Program-made: the position numbers and the translations under genes
Notes under the pieces: model-generated
The model's input: the letters and a program-made list of their open reading frames with translations, nothing else
The model's database searches: none
Told to the model about the DNA's origin: nothing
NCBI GenBank assembly: GCA_977018835.1
Contig: OZ361258.1
Span: 4,216,001 to 4,280,000, forward strand
Direction of reading: 5' to 3'
DNA from: Minutocellus sp. GHC0000111
Lineage: Eukaryota
Length of the DNA: 64,000 bases
Shown: in pieces, positions 9,959 through 22,103 of the stretch
Layout: each line of letters begins with the position of its first letter
Position numbering within the stretch: the first letter of the stretch is position 1

Positions 9959-12900
9959 ATGTCGGAGATTCCCTCGATGAGCCCAAACCGGAGACGGAGG
10001 CGGATGACGTCTTCGGTGAGGAGGCCTAATGATAATTGTTGTGCGGAATCATCCTCCACCGCATCGCCCCCGTCGTCGACTAGCAGTACCGCCGGCATGT
10101 CGTCGCTATGCCTCGGCCTTGCCGTTTTTCTGGCCCTCCCCGCCCTCGTCGGCGGAATGACGGCCAATCCCCGCCCGTTCGTCACGACGCACGGGCCAAT
10201 TGTTGATGAAAGTGAGCCCGACAAGAAGGCTTCGATCACCCTCCGCCTGAATGGCGATCCGACCCACCATTACCTCACCGACCTCGATGGTTTCACCTGC
10301 CTGATGAACGAGGAGACGGAATACTACCACTACGCCGTCCGGGCTTCGTCGATCGACACTGCTCAACAGCACGGCCATCCCGACGAGCTGGTGCCGCACC
10401 CCACGGCCATATGTGGATCTCTCACCAACCCCCTCGAGGAGCTGTAGGGAATTGATGGCAGGAGAATGGTCCCGCCCAAGTCCATCCGATTGGATCAGTG
10501 CGGTCGGTACTGTGCTGATCGGGAGGAGCGGATCGAGAGGAGGGAGCGGGAGCGGGAGCGGCAGCTCTGGGCTCAGGACAAGGGCGAAGTAGAAGAAGAC
10601 AAGGAAAGGAGGATGCTCCGTGGTAGTGATAGTGACAAAGACATGGATGGCAGTCTTGCCCATGTCCCTACCATGATCACCGGCGATCCCCTCCACGTCG
10701 TTCCGGCCGCGTCCCTCGAATCCAGGTCCAACTCTCCCAACCAAGAAGGGGAACCAACCGCCTCCCAGATCCGTGCGTCCATTCAGCACCAGCTCCAAAA
10801 CCAGGTCCGGCACCTGACCGGTTCGTCCGGAACCCTCCGCTGCCTGGTCATACCCTTCAAATTCTCCGACCATACCAACCGCCCCCTCCCCACCAAATCG
10901 GAACTGCATATCATGATGGGACACGACGGCCTCCACCCTAAATACGCCCCCACCGGTTCCGTCAGGTACGCCCTCGACGAATTCTCCTACGGCAACCTCG
11001 ATCTCGATCCCGTCGTTTGGGATTGGGTCACCCTGTCGCAAACCGAGTCCCATTACTCCGGCGTTCAGCAGGGGGGTGGCATGGGACTCGGTACCTACTT
11101 CCACGATGCCCTCCGCGAGGCTCTGGCCATCCACAACAATGCCCGTGCCGACTTTAAGCAGTTCGACGTCAAGGAACACAACGGAGCCGGAGATGGTTGG
11201 ATCGATGCCATCCTCTTTCTCCACTCCGGATACGGTGCCGAGGGAGGCTTCACCGACTGCAACGGTACGCCGATGCAGGCGTTGATTTGGTCTCATGAGT
11301 GGAGCTTTCAGACTCCGTGGACCAGTCACGACAATGTCAAGGTCGGCAAGTATGCCGTGAACAGTGCCGTGTACGGCAGCGGGATGGAAGATCTGGACGG
11401 AGATGGCATTGATGACTGCACCGGCTATCCGTGCTGTGCCAATCCCCCGCCCATTGCTAGGGTGGGCAGTCTGATCCATGAGATTATGCAGTGAGTCATT
11501 AATTGGTGTATACATGCATGTGTTAATCATGCCGATATCCCAATTTGAAGTGCGCCCTGGGTGTTTTATGATTGGATTGTGCCTCACCCATCTCCCCCTT
11601 TCATTATCTAATCCCTCCTCCAATCAATTTCCCCAACAGCTACCTCGACCTGCCCGATCTCTACGACTCCGAGGGTGGGGTGAGATGTCGTTGACATAAA
11701 GTTTGATATCTGATGCATCTTTACCTCCAATGTCTGCTCACCACACTCATGTTATATTGTCCTCAAAACTTCTCCCCCATACTCCGAAAAATTACAGTTT
11801 GGCGCCGGCAGCTGGGCAATCATGGCGAACGCCTGGGGACACGATGACTCCCAGAAGAACTGTCCTCAGCTCAGTCCCTGGTCGAAGTCGGCGTTTGGTT
11901 GGATGAAACAATTACTCGTCACCCAGGAGGGTACCTACGAGATCGACGCCAGCTGGGACACCAACGAGGTGTACCGTATCAACTTCGGCCAGCCCCAGGC
12001 CAATGCCAACGGCCGAGTGGATGAGTATCTGCTCATTGAGAACAAGTGGACCGCCAGCTTCGAGAGCACCATCCCCCAGCCCGGCCTCGTCATCTGGAAC
12101 GTTGATGCCAAGCAGAGGCAGGGCAACGAGAACGAGGGCTACCCCGGCCAGCCGGGCTACCCGGCCAATGGCAATGGGTACATGGTCAGCGTCGTCCAGG
12201 CCGACGGCAAGTACCAATTGGAGAAGGGTATCAACGAGGGTGATGCCTTCGATGTGTTTCACGGGGACTTGGTCGATGAGCTAGTTCCTCCATCCGATCC
12301 GAACAATCCCGCCGGTGGGCCTTTCCCCAACACCGCGTACGTGACCCCCTCCCGTGTGCTCCGAGATACTGGCGTTCGAATTTACGACATCATCAAGGCC
12401 GGGCCGATGATGACCTTCAAGGTTCAATTCAACTACCGCACTCCATCCAGAAACAACCCCTACGGTGAGAGGAAGCTCTATGGTCCGTTCGATGGGAACA
12501 ATAAGAACTCCGGTGTTATGTTTGACATGATGCCGCAGACAGACATGCGCATCACCGGCTTCGACGTTCGTATGTTCTCCACAAAGACCCATCGCTTCGA
12601 GGTGTACTACAAGTACGGCACTCACGTCGGCCATACCAACAAGAAGGAGAGCTGGACGCAGCTTGACGATGGCAATCTCAACGTCCAATCACTCGGACCG
12701 TCCAAGAAGACACCACTTACCGGTTTCCAAGCCGTCCCAGTGAGCAAGAACCAAAAGGTTGCCTTCTTCATCGCTCATACCGAACCAGTGATGAGTCGGG
12801 ATGATCTCTACCTGGCCTATTCCAACGGTCAAATCACCAACGACAACAAGGATACCTGGATGAACCAGGTTTGGTTCCAGAACGAGGATCTAGTCGTTTT

Positions 12901-14197
12901 CCAAGGCACCGGACAAGGTTATCATCACGAATTTATCAACCCAAATACCTTCCCCGCGCGAAATCCCAACGTCGTTGTTCACTATGAATATGGTTTGACG
13001 CAAGCGGAGCCAAGGCCTGTCACTCAACTTACCACTGACTATTGCAAGGCATCACCATGCCAGAATGACGCAACCTGCACCAACAAGCCAAGTGTGCAAC
13101 GTGGTTACGAGTGCCAATGCTCTTCTGGCTGGGGTGGCCCGACTTGTGAGACCGATAATGTCGATGGATGCGTTGGAAGCCCATGTAAAAATGGAGGGCA
13201 GTGCACTGACACATCTTCCGGTCTTGGTTTCTCCTGCTCTTGCCCCCAAGGGTGGGACGGAGACACCTGCGAGGAGGACGCCGATAACGGGTGTGCTAAT
13301 AATCCCTGTGAAAATGGCACATGTGAAGACTAGTCTGAAGGCATCGGCGCCTACAATTGCATTTGTGAGGATGGATGGGGAGGAGACAACTGCGACATCG
13401 ATACAGATAATGGCTGCCAAGGTTCCAATCCTTGCAGCAACGGAGGCACCTGCCAGGATGAGACCGGCCCTGGAGCCTTCGCTTGTATTTGCGCTGCGGG
13501 CTGGGACGGAGACACATGTGAGGAGGACATTTTAGACGGCTGTGCATCAAATCCATGTGTCCAGGGTACCTGTGAAGATACCTCCGATAATGTTGGATAC
13601 AGATGCATCTGCTCGGACGGATATACTGGTGACAATTGTGACGTGGCTCCGCCAACCGAGCCTCCCCCACCACCAAGATCCGACCCAGCCCCTGGTCCAT
13701 CGGCGACCTTTATTTTCAAGACCAGTCTCGACGAAGGCAATAACCAAGCCAAGGGCAACATGTTCGATATCTCGGCCGAAGGCTCCGATCTCTGGCTCAA
13801 GTCGTTTTCAATCCACGTCGATGAGCCCGGTACGCAAGTACCCGTCAAGGTATATGTCAAGGAGGCGTCCTACGTCGGCTCGGAGAATAGCCTCAATGAT
13901 TGGACGTTGATTTGCTCTACTACGCTGACGTCGGCAGGACCACAAGCACCCACCAACATTCCACTCGGTGTCTGTACCGAGCATCAGATCCCACAGAATG
14001 AACGACACGGAGTGTACATTGCTGTTGATGCTGACGCCGACGCTCACATGATCTACACATCAGTGGATCCCTCGCCGAACGGAGTTCATGCTACGACAGA
14101 ACGATTCGTCATCCATGAGGGCATCGGCAAGGGCGAAGATATGGCAAACTCGTACGGCCCGAGTAGACGATGGAACGGAGAGCTATACTATGGATAG
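9959..14197 (+). CDS. M6 (immune inhibitor A-like) metalloprotease with five EGF-like repeats and two beta-rich domains; two in-frame TAG stops (10445, 13331), possibly a pseudogene
   Basis: Removing introns 11491-11639 and 11680-11797 gives HEIMHYLDLPDLYD..GAGSWAIMA. Also DGWIDAILFLHSGYGAE, EYLLIEN and GLVIW motifs. The CxxxPCxNGGxC EGF repeats continue in frame across the TAG at 13331. Confidence 0.85.
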
Positions 14198-14444
14198 ATC
14201 GGATACATATAAATGTTTGATAATAGTATTGTTTGAATAAATATACAAGCTGTAGGGCGGTATCTAGACATAGACCCTTTTGTAACAATAGTATAGGCGA
14301 GGAATTGCTGCTGCTGAATTAATATAAATATTAAAGATATAAAGCGAAATGTGATCATGATCGTACATATTGCATTTGTAGTTGTAGATCTACTATTGTT
14401 GATTATTGGCACCTATCTACCGCAGCAGTGCATCGGCGAAACGG

Positions 14445-15488
14445 TCACTTCTCCCTCATACCGGCAGCCCTCTTTGCTTGAATCTTTTGGCATTTGCCAA
14501 CATGATCAGGATATGCCGCAGCTTGGCATTCGACGCTGCAGTACCGATCGAGGTGACACCCACCACAGCGCTTGGTTGTAACGCCTACCTCTTTGGGACA
14601 GTTCGAATTGGTGCACGGTTTCGCTGACCAGTAGCAGGGGCTGCATAGAAACTTTTTCTTTGGTTTACAAAGAGAGCTTGCGTCAAGACTACTTGAGCAT
14701 GTAAGGACAGAAAGAAGACCACGAGCTACGAACCGAGCCCTTTCTTCATCGAGGCACTGGTAGCAGTAGGATGCGCTGCAAGAGGTGCAGGTTGCGTATG
14801 AGTCGGCATCCTTCCTCATGACTTCCATGGCGGCAGAAATGTCTTCCTCGAACATTGCAATGCCAAATAAGGTGCTTTCGGCGATTTCGATCAGGGCAGA
14901 CATGGAGTGGTGATCCACGGCCGAAGCCACATCGCGACAGGACCCACACCGGCCCTTCGCACAGGAGATACACCTCAGCAACCGAGATACGGGAACATCA
15001 TGAAAGCAGAAGTAGCACTCCATTTCCATGCAGCCATGTCCACCACAACTGGCAAATGGCAATGCATGGTTAGTGAATCGGTCATCATGGCAAATACGCT
15101 CACGAAAGATCCCCAAGGACTCCTTCGAAACAATAACCTTCCCCATGTCGTTGTATGGAACTGTGTCCTTCGGTGAAATCGCTTTCTTCACTGTCCTGCT
15201 GCTGGTGCACTCCTTGCAACGACGCGTTGGATCGACGCAATGCATGCCATTGGGGCACTCGGCAAAGAACTTCCGCTCGCAGCGCCAGCAATACAGGAGC
15301 GAACAGCCAGGACAAGCATGGGCTCTGCTCAGGTCCTTGAGACTTGCAAGGCATCGGAAACACTTTTGCTTCTTGCTACTACTGCCGCTGGCCAGGATAC
15401 CGCCGCCGCCCCCACTATCGCCCAACGTGTCCTTACCACCATTAACTGCGGATGAGGCATTAGATGCCGCTTTGGACTTCTTGCCCAT
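14445..15488 (-). CDS. Cys-rich protein with a C-terminal MYND zinc finger (paralog A)
   Basis: Starts MGKKSKA. Many CxxC motifs. C-terminal RCGGCHLDRYCSVECQAAAYPDHVGKC. Confidence 0.85.
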   Translation of the reverse strand: MGKKSKAASNASSAVNGGKDTLGDSGGGGGILASGSSSKKQKCFRCLASLKDLSRAHACPGCSLLYCWRCERKFFAECPNGMHCVDPTRRCKECTSSRTVKKAISPKDTVPYNDMGKVIVSKESLGIFRERICHDDRFTNHALPFASCGGHGCMEMECYFCFHDVPVSRLLRCISCAKGRCGSCRDVASAVDHHSMSALIEIAESTLFGIAMFEEDISAAMEVMRKDADSYATCTSCSASYCYQCLDEERARFVARGLLSVLTCSSSLDASSLCKPKKKFLCSPCYWSAKPCTNSNCPKEVGVTTKRCGGCHLDRYCSVECQAAAYPDHVGKCQKIQAKRAAGMREK

Positions 15489-15624
15489 GGTATCGTTGGA
15501 GTTGCGTGATCTGCCGATCTGCCGATCTGCCGCCGGTATGCAGGTAGTCATCCAACAGTCAAATATCTTATTTTCGGTATTTTTGAACCATTTTTTCCAC
15601 GCGACCAGCGGCCGACAGCCGACG

Positions 15625-16974
15625 ATGACGCAGGCAGGAGAGCTTGCCGCCATTCCGCTCTCATTCTGTAACGCACCGGCCAGCATGCACTCAACAACAC
15701 CCCTCCGCGTACCCGTACTCACATTTCTCTCACGGTCGCCGTCGGCATCTCGCCAGTCCTTACGACTGCTCGAGAAATTGACCAGCGTCCAACCATTGGA
15801 TGATGACTCATCCTCATCGTCATCATCATCGTCGTCTTCTTCAGCTGCTGCTCAACGAGATGGCCTCGATGCCTCCGTCTTTTCATCGGCGTTGCTGAAG
15901 AACTACAGCTTTGATTCGGTTGCCTCGATATGTCCCAAATCGCAGGTGGTGATTCATTTGGTATCTATAGCAGACGGTCAAACACAATCATCAAATAAGG
16001 ACACCAATCAGGCTACCAGCGGCAACTTCCTCTCGCTGTTGTCGGTGACAGACGATGGCAGTTCATACGACAAAGCAGACAAATCACTGCAGCATTCCAG
16101 AGATTATCTATCCAAAAAAATGAAGGGCGGTGGTGGGATGATGTTGGGTGCTCAGTTGGCCATGCGAATGAGAACGAATGACAAGTATCCCGTCGAGGCG
16201 CATCACTTGCTGGAGGGGGATTTGCCGAAGTTGGATTTGTCTTGTCTTGCGAAATACAAGAACAATGGATCTCCGTCCCAACGTGAATCAGAATCAGAGA
16301 CTGGCATCAGCGCAATCCGTGAGCTGGTGATACCCGCATTTGACAATTTGATCCAATCCCAACTATCGTCGTGCTCGGCTATGACCAGGCCCAAGTTGGG
16401 CCTGTATCTTTGGCCGGGCAATGACTCCAATAATGGCCTCGTCATCCGACCGCTGCCATCGGCCGCCGAGGATAGGGAGCTGTCTCCTCCGTCTATTGTG
16501 TTTCAGTGCGACAACCTCGAATCCTGCGTGGAAACATTGAAAGGGAATGCAGCTGCGGACAATACCAACACTGCTCTGGCCAAGGTTGGATTCTCGGGTT
16601 GTGGTACTGGTGGACAGTACATGATTCGGAATAGTTTGTTGGATGGCCTTGATATTCGACTATGTGACACGACCGAATTGTCGAGTTCCTTTGCCGAGGC
16701 ACAAGAGGCATTGCTTGCGGCCAGTCTGGACGAGTTGCAGTCGGTCAACGTTATGAATGAGGGCAGTAATGATGGGAGAAATACTACTGACAAGGACAGC
16801 GGAAAGTCTCGGGAAGGAGGAAGCGATGCCATGAACGGACTTGGAGATTGCTGGGTGGAATTCCGGGCGAATGTAAAGAAGCCTGGTGGGTTTTTTGGAC
16901 AAAAGGGTGGTATTGCCGGAGGATCACGACGGAAGCCAGAGGTGGCGAAGGCTCCTGATATTCCGTATGAGTAA
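15625..16974 (+). CDS. Uncharacterised protein (start at 15625 or 15685)
   Basis: Long ORF with protein-like composition ending SSSFAEAQEALLAASLDELQS..GDCWVEFRA..PDIPYE. The upstream part of ORF 15028 is antisense overlap with paralog A. Confidence 0.7.
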   Translation: MTQAGELAAIPLSFCNAPASMHSTTPLRVPVLTFLSRSPSASRQSLRLLEKLTSVQPLDDDSSSSSSSSSSSSAAAQRDGLDASVFSSALLKNYSFDSVASICPKSQVVIHLVSIADGQTQSSNKDTNQATSGNFLSLLSVTDDGSSYDKADKSLQHSRDYLSKKMKGGGGMMLGAQLAMRMRTNDKYPVEAHHLLEGDLPKLDLSCLAKYKNNGSPSQRESESETGISAIRELVIPAFDNLIQSQLSSCSAMTRPKLGLYLWPGNDSNNGLVIRPLPSAAEDRELSPPSIVFQCDNLESCVETLKGNAAADNTNTALAKVGFSGCGTGGQYMIRNSLLDGLDIRLCDTTELSSSFAEAQEALLAASLDELQSVNVMNEGSNDGRNTTDKDSGKSREGGSDAMNGLGDCWVEFRANVKKPGGFFGQKGGIAGGSRRKPEVAKAPDIPYE

Positions 16975-17081
16975 CGCATGATTGTAAGAATACAAGTATG
17001 TACATACGCATGCCGCGCTATCGCCATTCGCTATATACATTTTACTCGCCTACTTGGCGAGAAACTTGCACCATTAGAAGT

Positions 17082-18059
17082 CTACTCTTTCCCAGCGGCA
17101 GTCCTCTTCTCCGATATCTTCATGCACCTCCCAACATGGTCAGGATATGCCTCGGCCTGACACTCGACGCTGCAGTACCGATCGATGTGGCACCCGCCGC
17201 ACCTTTTGGTCGGAATACCAACCTCGTTGGGACAGTTAGGGTTGGTGCAGGGCTTGGAGACCCAGTAGCAGCGGCTGCATTGAAATTGTTCGCATTCGTC
17301 TACGCCGTTCCTTAGTCCATTCAGAATGCTTCTTGCCATAATTTGAATGCCCGTGTCGTCCATGCAGGATAAGCAATATCCGATGCCTCAACCGCTGCAC
17401 AGTGCAAGCGTTTTGGGCTGTTGCTCGCGCATAATTGCTGCGGCCTCAACGACAATAGATTTTGATAGAGTCTTGCCGGCAGAACCCAAAAGTTCGGGAA
17501 ATTTCATTGGGATGACAGAATCATAGTAGTCTTTCTCCATGCAATCGAAACAGCGGATACCCGAGCAGACGGAGCAACTCCACATCTTGCCGTTATTAGG
17601 AGCGGCAACGCATCGGTAGCACTCCTGAACCGAGCAGCCGTCGGCCTCGCACTGCTGAAGGGGTATGGAGTCAATGTTGCACTTGCTGCCTTCCTTACAT
17701 AGCTGCAACAGATCCGAACAACTTACTCCCTCATGTTGGATTCCCTCCTCGTCGACACACCTGATCGCTCTGGCAGTGATGCCACTAGAGCAACCGTGGC
17801 ATCGCTTCAGGGGATGCGCGCATGCGCTCCCGTTGGGACACTCCTTGAAGTACTTCCTCTCGCATCTCCAGCAAAACAGCCCGCCCGAGAGCTGATGACA
17901 TCCGTGGCATTCGTGAGCCTTGGTCAGGTCCTTGAGCAGAGTGAGGCAGATGACGCAGCGCTGCTTCTTGACGGTGCCGCCGGTGCCATCGGATACCGGA
18001 GTGCCCGCCGGCGCAGTCGCTGTGGACTTGGTCGCTTTCGCCTTGGACTTCTTCCCCAT
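17082..18059 (-). CDS. MYND zinc finger paralog B with an in-frame TGA at 17390-17388
   Basis: Starts MGKKSKA and is colinear with paralog A. ORFs 17388..18155 and 17082..17363 are in the same frame, separated by CSG*GIGYCLSC. Confidence 0.8.
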
Positions 18060-18315
18060 GGTAGCGGTCGCTGAGAAGGGGTGATGCCCGAGCCGATACG
18101 CCGATATCCCTTGCCGATATTCTGCCTGCTCAATCAGCTCCAGCCATATGGTCATGCGATTTCAAACTAAGAAACCCGGAGAGCTTGCTTCAATCATTTC
18201 GTCGTTCGATCGAAACACATGAGAGAGCTAAAGGGCGCGCATTGCAGCATGCGCAATGGCGGCAAAGTGCGTATGCGCCTCTCGTGCGTCACAGTAGCAC
18301 CCATCATTTGTTCCG

Positions 18316-19761
18316 ATGGTGGTAACCCACCTCTCTTGCCCAGCCAAGACACGAAAGCGAAGAGTATCCGCCGTTGCGTTCCTTGCGCTGGTCACCGCCG
18401 CATCAGTATCCCTCCTCTCCGTGGCCGTCATTTTGGGGCATAAATCCTTGGCCTCGCTGCAACTTCCTCCTCAACTAAGTGCCATACCAGCTTCCTCCCT
18501 CTTCGATACCATCACGCCACAATCAGATAACACCAGAATCAAACCAGGTTTTGCAGGATGTCTTCTGGTGAAGGATGTCAATCACTGGCTGCCGGAATGG
18601 ATTGCCTATCATCATCTGTTCCTCCCCCTCACCGAGTTGATTGTAGCGGTCGATCCGCACAGCATTCAATCGCCACGGCCAATATTGGAACGGCTCAACA
18701 TCACACTGCCCAACTTGCACATTGGCATGTGGTACGATGAAGACTACATATCACCAAATCAACTAAGAAACATGCCCAACTATCCACCCAAGGGAGCCCC
18801 GCCAGACCTGTGGACCGACATGATCCGAGAACGATATCTGTTTCGGCAGAATTGGTTCCTGTCCAAATGTCTTTCGGAAATACAAAAGCGAAATCGAACC
18901 GAATGGGTGCTGCTGCACGATGCCGATGAATTTGCGGTGTTCAATCGCCATGGTAGCAAGGTGTGGAAGAAAGAACTTATGCCGGAATATGGTGAGGGCA
19001 CGTTGTTGGAGTACATATCGGCAACGCAAGATGATGAGGCATCACCCTTTCGTAAACCCGAGACATGCATTCCCATGCCCCGGCTATTGTTTGGGTCGAT
19101 GGAGAGCTCGTCAGCTGAAATCCATGCTAATGTCCCTGCTGGTTTCGATGCACAAAATTTTGCCACACTGCGATATCGCCATCATGTGGACAAGACCGAC
19201 GTGCGTGCCTCCGGCTTTGTCAAGCCATTGATCAACGTTGGTCGATCGCCCACAACGGGAGGATTTCACACCGAACCGGCACGAGATCCGCACTGTCCGT
19301 ATCCCAAACCGGGCATATGTTCCAGCTACAACATTATGCAGCATATCAATTCGGATTGGTCCGTCAACGAATCGCCCCTGGTGATGAATCATTACGTCGG
19401 ATCGTGGGAATCGTTTGCCTTTGGACGCAAGTGGTTCTTGGAGAGGTTCAACGAGACCAAGGATATTTCGGGTGGGGTAAGCGATGAAATACGGCCCTGG
19501 CTCGAGGCGTTTGCGAAACACGTTGGATATGAGAATGCCAAGTATCTACTTCAGGGAAGTGGGGATGTCAATTATGATCATGGGGAGCTGAATGATGCGA
19601 AGCTGGGCATACCATATCAGGAATCAAATGTTCCTCTCGAGAAGGTCATCGCAGAAGTAAATGCGAAGGAAGAGGCAGCTGCGAAACGCTCTGTAAAGCT
19701 TATAACCAAGGGGAACATTGGGGTTGGCGGGTTGAAGAAGCAAATACATATCAATAAATGA
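18316..19761 (+). CDS. Type II membrane glycosyltransferase (GT2-like/GT92-like fold)
   Basis: N-terminal TM segment. GCLLVKD..WLPEWIAYHH, WVLLHDADEF (DxD) and MNHYVGSWESF motifs. Confidence 0.75.
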   Translation: MVVTHLSCPAKTRKRRVSAVAFLALVTAASVSLLSVAVILGHKSLASLQLPPQLSAIPASSLFDTITPQSDNTRIKPGFAGCLLVKDVNHWLPEWIAYHHLFLPLTELIVAVDPHSIQSPRPILERLNITLPNLHIGMWYDEDYISPNQLRNMPNYPPKGAPPDLWTDMIRERYLFRQNWFLSKCLSEIQKRNRTEWVLLHDADEFAVFNRHGSKVWKKELMPEYGEGTLLEYISATQDDEASPFRKPETCIPMPRLLFGSMESSSAEIHANVPAGFDAQNFATLRYRHHVDKTDVRASGFVKPLINVGRSPTTGGFHTEPARDPHCPYPKPGICSSYNIMQHINSDWSVNESPLVMNHYVGSWESFAFGRKWFLERFNETKDISGGVSDEIRPWLEAFAKHVGYENAKYLLQGSGDVNYDHGELNDAKLGIPYQESNVPLEKVIAEVNAKEEAAAKRSVKLITKGNIGVGGLKKQIHINK

Positions 19762-19932
19762 ACTGATGTGATGCCAATTCTAAAATATGCTTTACAGTTA
19801 TGGAACTATTGCGAATCTAATATTACATAGTATCTGGGCGGATCGGAGGAAACTTGAGAGCATGGCTTATGAATCTATAATGTATTATACAGCGTATGAA
19901 AATATAAAATATGAAATATATAATAGACGAAG

Positions 19933-21110
19933 CTAAACAAGGAAGACAGCAGCAATAAGTGAAATCACACCAAGGCCGATCATCGTGTAGCCGTAGGCGG
20001 CCGAGCTGGTGGTAGGCCCTTTATCATCGCTCTTTGTGACGTCCATCACCCAGAGGCAATCGAATGTAGCCTCTCCTTTGCTCTCGAGGTTGGCCATGTT
20101 GACGGCACCGGACAGGCGGACGGCACCAGTGGCGTCGGCGTAAATACCTGTACCGTCCTCAATGTTTTCTTCGCCGGTGCTGGGAATGGCGCCTGTGATG
20201 TGCGTGGCGTCAGGCGAGCCGAATGTCGTGGGCTGAACAGAAGTTTCGCCTGTAGCAGTGAGGGAATTGTCTGGATCAAACTGGAAGACAGTAGTGGCGG
20301 TAACCTGAAGTCCACCGCAATCGTCTGGACCGGCCACGGAGAGGCAGTCAGTTCCAGTACCCATGATTTTTCCGGTAGTAAGGTCGACGAGGGGTACATC
20401 GAACAGCAGGGCAAGGTCTGGCTCTCGTCGAGAGGATTAGGCCGCATCTCGGCAGCAGCTGTGCCCTTCATTTGCAGGACGAGGCGCTGAGTCATGTCGT
20501 CAGCAGTGGCCTTGACGGCTTGACTAACGACCATGTCGGTTCCGTCTCCTAACAAATCATCCATAGGATTGTCCAAGTAGACAACCCACAGACAATCGAA
20601 GGTGACCTCGCCCTTGCTCTCGAGGTTGGCCATGTTGACGGCGCCAGAGAGACGGACGGATCCGCTGGCATTCTCGTAGATGCCGTCGCCAGATACGATG
20701 CTGTTATCACCATCCTGGGTGATGGCACCGGTGATATGAGTTGACTCGGACGAACCAAAGGTCGTGGGCTGAACGGAAGTGAGGCCCTGGAGGGTGATGC
20801 TTCCCTGGTCCAGAGTGAATACGGTTGTAGCAGTCACTTCGAGGCCGTTGCAGCTCTCTTGGTCTTCGGCGACACTTAGACAGTCCGTGCCCATACCGAC
20901 CACATCTCCAGTAACGAGATCATGGAGAGGAATGTCAAAGCAGGGAAGCTCTTGTGTGGGATCGATAGGGTTAGGCCTCATCTCCGCGATCGCCGTTCCC
21001 TTCATTTGGAAAAGATACGTGGGAGCAACAGTTTGGGCTGCGAAGACATGAGCCTGACGTGGAAGGATGACGACGATAACGAAGGTCGCAAGAGAATTGA
21101 TAAGATACAT
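19933..21110 (-). CDS. Secreted, probably GPI-anchored protein with two tandem dirigent/allene-oxide-cyclase-like beta-barrel domains; frameshift near 20402
   Basis: Signal peptide. Two highly similar repeats (QMKGTA..GTDCLS..VTATTVF..VQPTTFGS..HITGAI..G.GIY..A.G.VRLSGAVNM..FDCLWV). Ser/Thr spacer followed by a hydrophobic tail. Confidence 0.65.
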
Positions 21111-22103
21111 GGTGGTCAGTGGTAGTCTGAGCTGATGATGATATGGATTGATTTATCAATCAGAAGAAGTAGAGCAGAAGAAAGTTCCGTGCATCATGCG
21201 CACACATGATTTTTGGTGCCGGAGGGCCTTTTAGTTTTGCGACCGACTCCAGAAATACTGCCCGGGCTGAAAACGTGACGGCACACGATGTCAACGATAC
21301 TTCAATACCGTGTTCGAGCTCATGCATGCGAGGGCCTTTCTCTTCTCGACGTCCAACCGTCTTACTTTCATTGCCGCATGCGCAGTAGCGCAAGCAAGCT
21401 CCCATCATGATGACTGGGAGCTAAAACCTCACGGCCAAACGGGACATCAGAGTCGAGTCGGATGAGGCTAGTAGTAGGTACCTTCTAGCTAGAGGTATTT
21501 CGTGTAGGTGAGACGAGACATTGTACGATCAACATAAGCCCCTCGGTCATTTTTCAACTCTGCATGGAGCGCTTTTCGAGCCCGACGGTCGGACAGAGGC
21601 TGCCTCCCATTGCCGGTTGGCCCGACCGCCATTATTAAGAGGGCGCTGTCCATAACTTTTAGGAAGCCCCCAAAAAGCGTGTTTTGTGCCGTTTTTTCTT
21701 CGCACCATCGCCAAAGTTAGCACTCCAACGTGACAATGGGCTCCTCATCGAAGGCCGCCGCTCTCCACAGTGGCGAAGAGTCATCGACGTTCCTTTCAGC
21801 ATTAAGTCGGAAATTCCTCCAGGAACACTTGGTTCAGAGGAACTTCGATGAATCAACTCTCCCTCAGAAACGCAACAGTCGACGTGCACATCATCGTCGG
21901 GTCGACCGAAGTTAGTCTCGGCCGACGCATGACCAGCATTGGTGGTGCTGGTGGGAAGATGTCTTGAAGTTTTGCTGTTGGGAGGTAAGGGGATATTTGT
22001 TTGGGGCATTTTTGCACGTCTCCCTCATTTGGGGTTCTTTTTGTAAGGCTCTCATCGAAAAGCGTGTCTTGCGCCAGAACCGACACAAAACAAAAAAACA
22101 ACC

